Origin: Gekko japonicus
Lineage: Eukaryota
Reading direction: 5' to 3'
Assembly: GCF_001447785.1 (NCBI RefSeq)
Contig: NW_015172565.1
Coordinates: 347,947-411,946, forward strand
Length of the DNA: 64,000 nucleotides
The first letter of the stretch is position 1. Each line of letters starts with the position of its first letter. Both the position numbers and the translations under genes were made by a program. The notes beneath the pieces were generated by a model that was given only the letters and a program-made list of their open reading frames with translations, searched no databases and was not told the origin of the DNA. Below, piece by piece: positions 60,438 to 64,000 of this stretch.

Positions 60438-63400
60438 CAGAAGCGGTGAAGCTGAGGGAAGGTCTGACGGAGATGCTGTTTCTGAAACCTCCAGGGGACG
60501 CTTCTTGTCCTTCTGTGACTCCTTTTCTTTCATGGGATGAGAACAGGTGGGGGGAGGGAGGTCACCATCCCCCACTTGCCCCAACACTCATTCCGCCTCC
60601 CGGCTCTGCAACTCTTCAGATGTGCGGTGGCAACATCAGTGCCCCTTTTCCCCTTTGCTCCTCAGTTTCCTTCTGAGGCTGAGAGGTGTTTATCCCTCAG
60701 AGTAGAACACACAAGTCAGCCCAATTACCTCTCAATCCATGTACCAGCCCTCTTCCTCGCTGGTCCTGGTCCCTCATCAGCTAACTGCTGCTCTGTGCAC
60801 CTGCTCTCACCCACCCCCATCATGGTCACCATTTGAAAAAAACACAAAGCCAGTTGGTGCAGTGGTGGCAGTGCCAGTCCTGCTGGATTTGTTCCACTGT
60901 TTCAGGTTTTAAAAACTGCTGCTAAAATAGCTTGGTGTGTGTATGGGGGGTGTATAACATATATTTTATGGATATAATAAAGCTATTATACAGTCAGACC
61001 ATTAGTCCATCTAGCCCAGTGTTGCCTGCTCTGACTTGGCTCTCCAGGGTCTTAAGGGTCAAGAGATCTTTCCCAGAACCTCCTACCTGAGATCTTGTAA
61101 CTGGCGTTTCCAGGAGTTGCAAGCAGAGCTCTCTGCATATGTTCTCTTGTTGAGGCTTAGCCTCTTCTGTAAATCCTGTAATCTCAAAGAAAAATTCCTT
61201 TTAATTTTTCTGTAATCTGTTCAGGCTGTGATATGGATAATTATAAAGTAGTTTACCTGGGGCATTTGTTTTGAGCTCTTCTGATGCCCTAGCTGTTGGA
61301 ACTCATTGACCTTTCTAAAGTGGGATAGTTATCATGCACTAGAAGCAGCCAAAAGGAAGTGTTCATAAAAGAAATGCTGCATGAGATTAAGGCAGTACAT
61401 TATGCCAAACCACATTGGAAACTGCTGAATGTAATTTCTGATTAATATAGTTTGGGCATTAACTATTTGAGCCGCATGGAAAATGTATAGAAATTTATAG
61501 AAATGTAGTGAATATTTTTGGCTTGGCTATCTCTGTTTTAGTTGTCTGTGCTCTGTGCACATGTGTGTCTGTGTGCTTTTGCAAACAGCAGTTATCCTCT
61601 CTCTTTGAAACCATATCAAGTGCCTGTTTGGGTATGAGGGTAGAGCTGTGTGCCACTGCTGCTGTAGCATTGTCCACACTGTTCCTTTGTATTCCAGTCT
61701 ATGTATGTGACTTGTTTGCCATTGTAGCCTTTGAACTACCAATTAACGTGGGCAGACAGGCTGCTTTTATGGCACTTGTTCTGTCTTCAGACATTAAAGT
61801 GCCATGGGTCTTCAAGGGCATTAAAGAAAACAGCATGCATATGGAAGGATGCCCTGGCCGGGGTGTGCATTGTCATATCTCTGCTGACTATAGCTCTTAT
61901 GTCAGCAATTATAACCTGTCACAGGCATCCAGACAAGTGCTGAATTTAAAAACAAACCCCCTAAATTTCGCTTTGGTAGACAGTACAAGAGCAGGTAAAG
62001 AATGTGTTCATTCAGCATTGGGAATACTTCCTCTAAGGCAAACTATGAGTTTCCCCTATAAGAATGAATTTGAGGGATTCTTCAGGCTCACATATGCTGT
62101 CCTCCTCCCCCTTGCTCGGTGACATAATTGTTTCCATCTTTGTTGCAGATCATAGTTTAATACAGCCAAACCAGCGAAATGCAATTTGTGCTTGTCCTAC
62201 AAATCAGGTCCAAACAGTGGTTTACTCCCAGTTTAGGACCCTGGTTTGCCGGGTAAGAGCAGGGGCAAACTTTGGTTTACTACAAACCTGGAAATAATAA
62301 TCTTGCTGTATGAGGGGGGAGAAGGAGTACACAGACTCAAGAATTCCTGAAGCCTTGCAGTTATGTTTTCTGCTGGTAATAACATGAAGTGTCTTAAGTG
62401 AAAGCAAGTGAAAGTTTAGTGTAACACTACCAAATGAGCCTTCAGTGTCTTCTCAAGTGGATGCAGTTCTGTAGTGGTGCATTGATAGGATTTCAACATG
62501 CCATCTTTCCCTGACAAGCTTCTGTTAGCATTTTATTGTGTTACTACCCTCATAGCACTCACAGTAGGTACCAACTTCAGAAATAGGTTTATAGCTTAGG
62601 ACACATCCTTCGGACTCTGTGAAAATGTACTGAAGCTTCTACAGTGGAAGGATGAGTAATGGCACCATGCCTACCATTACATATCTTCCTTTGAACTTCA
62701 CAGCTGCAAGAAAATGTTGGATATAGCAAAGGGTGACAGTGGAGAGTCAGCTGTTCTTGCTTGCATGCATTTAGGGCTCTTCCTACAGGGGCACTCCAGA
62801 AGTGTAGGGACCTGTTGTTCTTGTTTAAATTCCTTTGAAAAGTGTGTGTATGTTAGTGAGTTGCATCACATTAGTCAACAAAAACATTAGGTAAAATGGG
62901 CATGGGTTCTTTATGCAAATGGTTCACTGAATGAAATAGTTATGAATACTAGAAAACGGGGTGTAATTGCAGTGCAGGTGAGAGAATGTAGCTTCAAACT
63001 GAAGTTCATCACAAGTTTCATATTGTCTGATTTAAAAAAGAAGCAAGGGTATAATGCTGATAATTGTGGAAAGAGCACCTTTGAAGTATACATACCCTTG
63101 GCTAAAAGCCAGAAAAGGTCTGTGGAGTTGGTACATGGTAAGATTGTGTCTCATGGCACACCACAGCTTTGCACTGCTTTGCTTAGTTCCTGTATACCTC
63201 TGGTTTCCTGGCCATCATTCCAGACAAATAGGTCTGAATAAATTCAGTTACCTATATAATTGTGGAATTGAGGTGGTAGAGTAGAATTCTAAAGTCTAGA
63301 GTGAAGTTAATAATTGTAAAAGTATGGATTCCTCATAAGGGAAAATAATTATTCCTGAATACTGAAAAGTTTGTGTAGACTTACATGATTTTAGTTTAGG

Positions 63401-63565
63401 GAGTTATTAACAGAAATAAATTAAAGATATCAAGCTAGGATTTTCGTTTTTTCTGGGTTTAGAAAAATGGTTTTCCTAGATCCACAAAATAAAATCAGTG
63501 TTTATTCCATCTCTGCTTCTTAGAAATTTATCATTTAATTCTTTTTTTAAAAAAATTAAAATTAG

Positions 63566-63763
63566 CCATATCCAGAAGATCCAGCAGTGTACAAACCACT
63601 CTCTCAAGAAGAGCTGCAGAGGATAAAAAATGAAAAGAAACAGAAGCAGAATGAAAGAAAACAGAAGATATCAGAGAATCGTAAACACCTGGCCAGCGTA
63701 CGGGTTGTACAGAAGAATCTTGTCTTTGTAGTAGGGTTGTCCCAGCGTCTAGCGGATCCAGAG
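63566..63763 (+). CDS. CNOT4: CNOT4 second coding exon (coiled coil and start of RRM); gene continues beyond the window
   Basis: attag|PYPEDPAVYKPLSQEELQRIKNEKKQKQNERKQKISENRKHLASVRVVQKNLVFVVGLSQRLADPE|gtaagc; 198 nt. Confidence 0.98.
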
Positions 63764-64000
63764 GTAAGCAGCTATTGGAATCCTCCTCATTACGAACAAC
63801 AAATGTGGTCTAACCTGGGTTTGCTGTAGTTCTTGCAGTTGCCAAATTAAGTCATGTAGAGATTGGTTCTTCTGTTTTGCATTTGCTTATGCTTTGGTTT
63901 ACTTGTACATTTCTAGTACTGCTTCACCAAATTATTTGATTTCTTTGAAGCACCTTGTTCATGTATTGCATTTGTATGGATAGTCATGGATTGTTTCTTA

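Noticed and set aside
61508-62122. 204-aa hydrophobic ORF in CNOT4 intron 2
   Set aside because: Non-ATG start, TG-rich composition explains the Cys/Val/Leu content, no domain recognised

Overview
Vertebrate (squamate reptile, most likely a gecko judging by its SINE complement) genomic DNA. Three intron-containing housekeeping genes are present: the 5' end of NUP205 (minus strand, exons 1-4), a complete POLR3H (RNA polymerase III subunit RPC8; plus strand, 6 coding exons, 206 aa, one U12-type intron) and the 5' end of CNOT4 (plus strand, non-coding exon 1, coding exons 2-3). The main finding is that the NUP205/CNOT4 head-to-head promoter module appears twice, as a diverged direct duplication flanking POLR3H. 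Copy A (about 6.3-8.6 kb) keeps the working NUP205 exon 1, and its CNOT4-like half appears to serve as the promoter and first exon of POLR3H. Copy B (about 21.9-26.9 kb) keeps the working CNOT4 exon 1 and carries a decayed, ATG-less NUP205 exon 1 in a still CpG-rich island. This looks like DNA-level relocation of POLR3H with promoter capture and reciprocal decay of the two copies. The rest is typical squamate repeat content: Sauria, Squam2/Squam3-like and 5S SINEs, BovB, CR1, L2, Penelope fragments with hammerhead relics, hAT/Harbinger/Tc2 MITEs, solo LTRs, a truncated DIRS element, and a nested stack of four elements that includes an ORF1-only half-L1. All alignments were made by eye and need computational confirmation.
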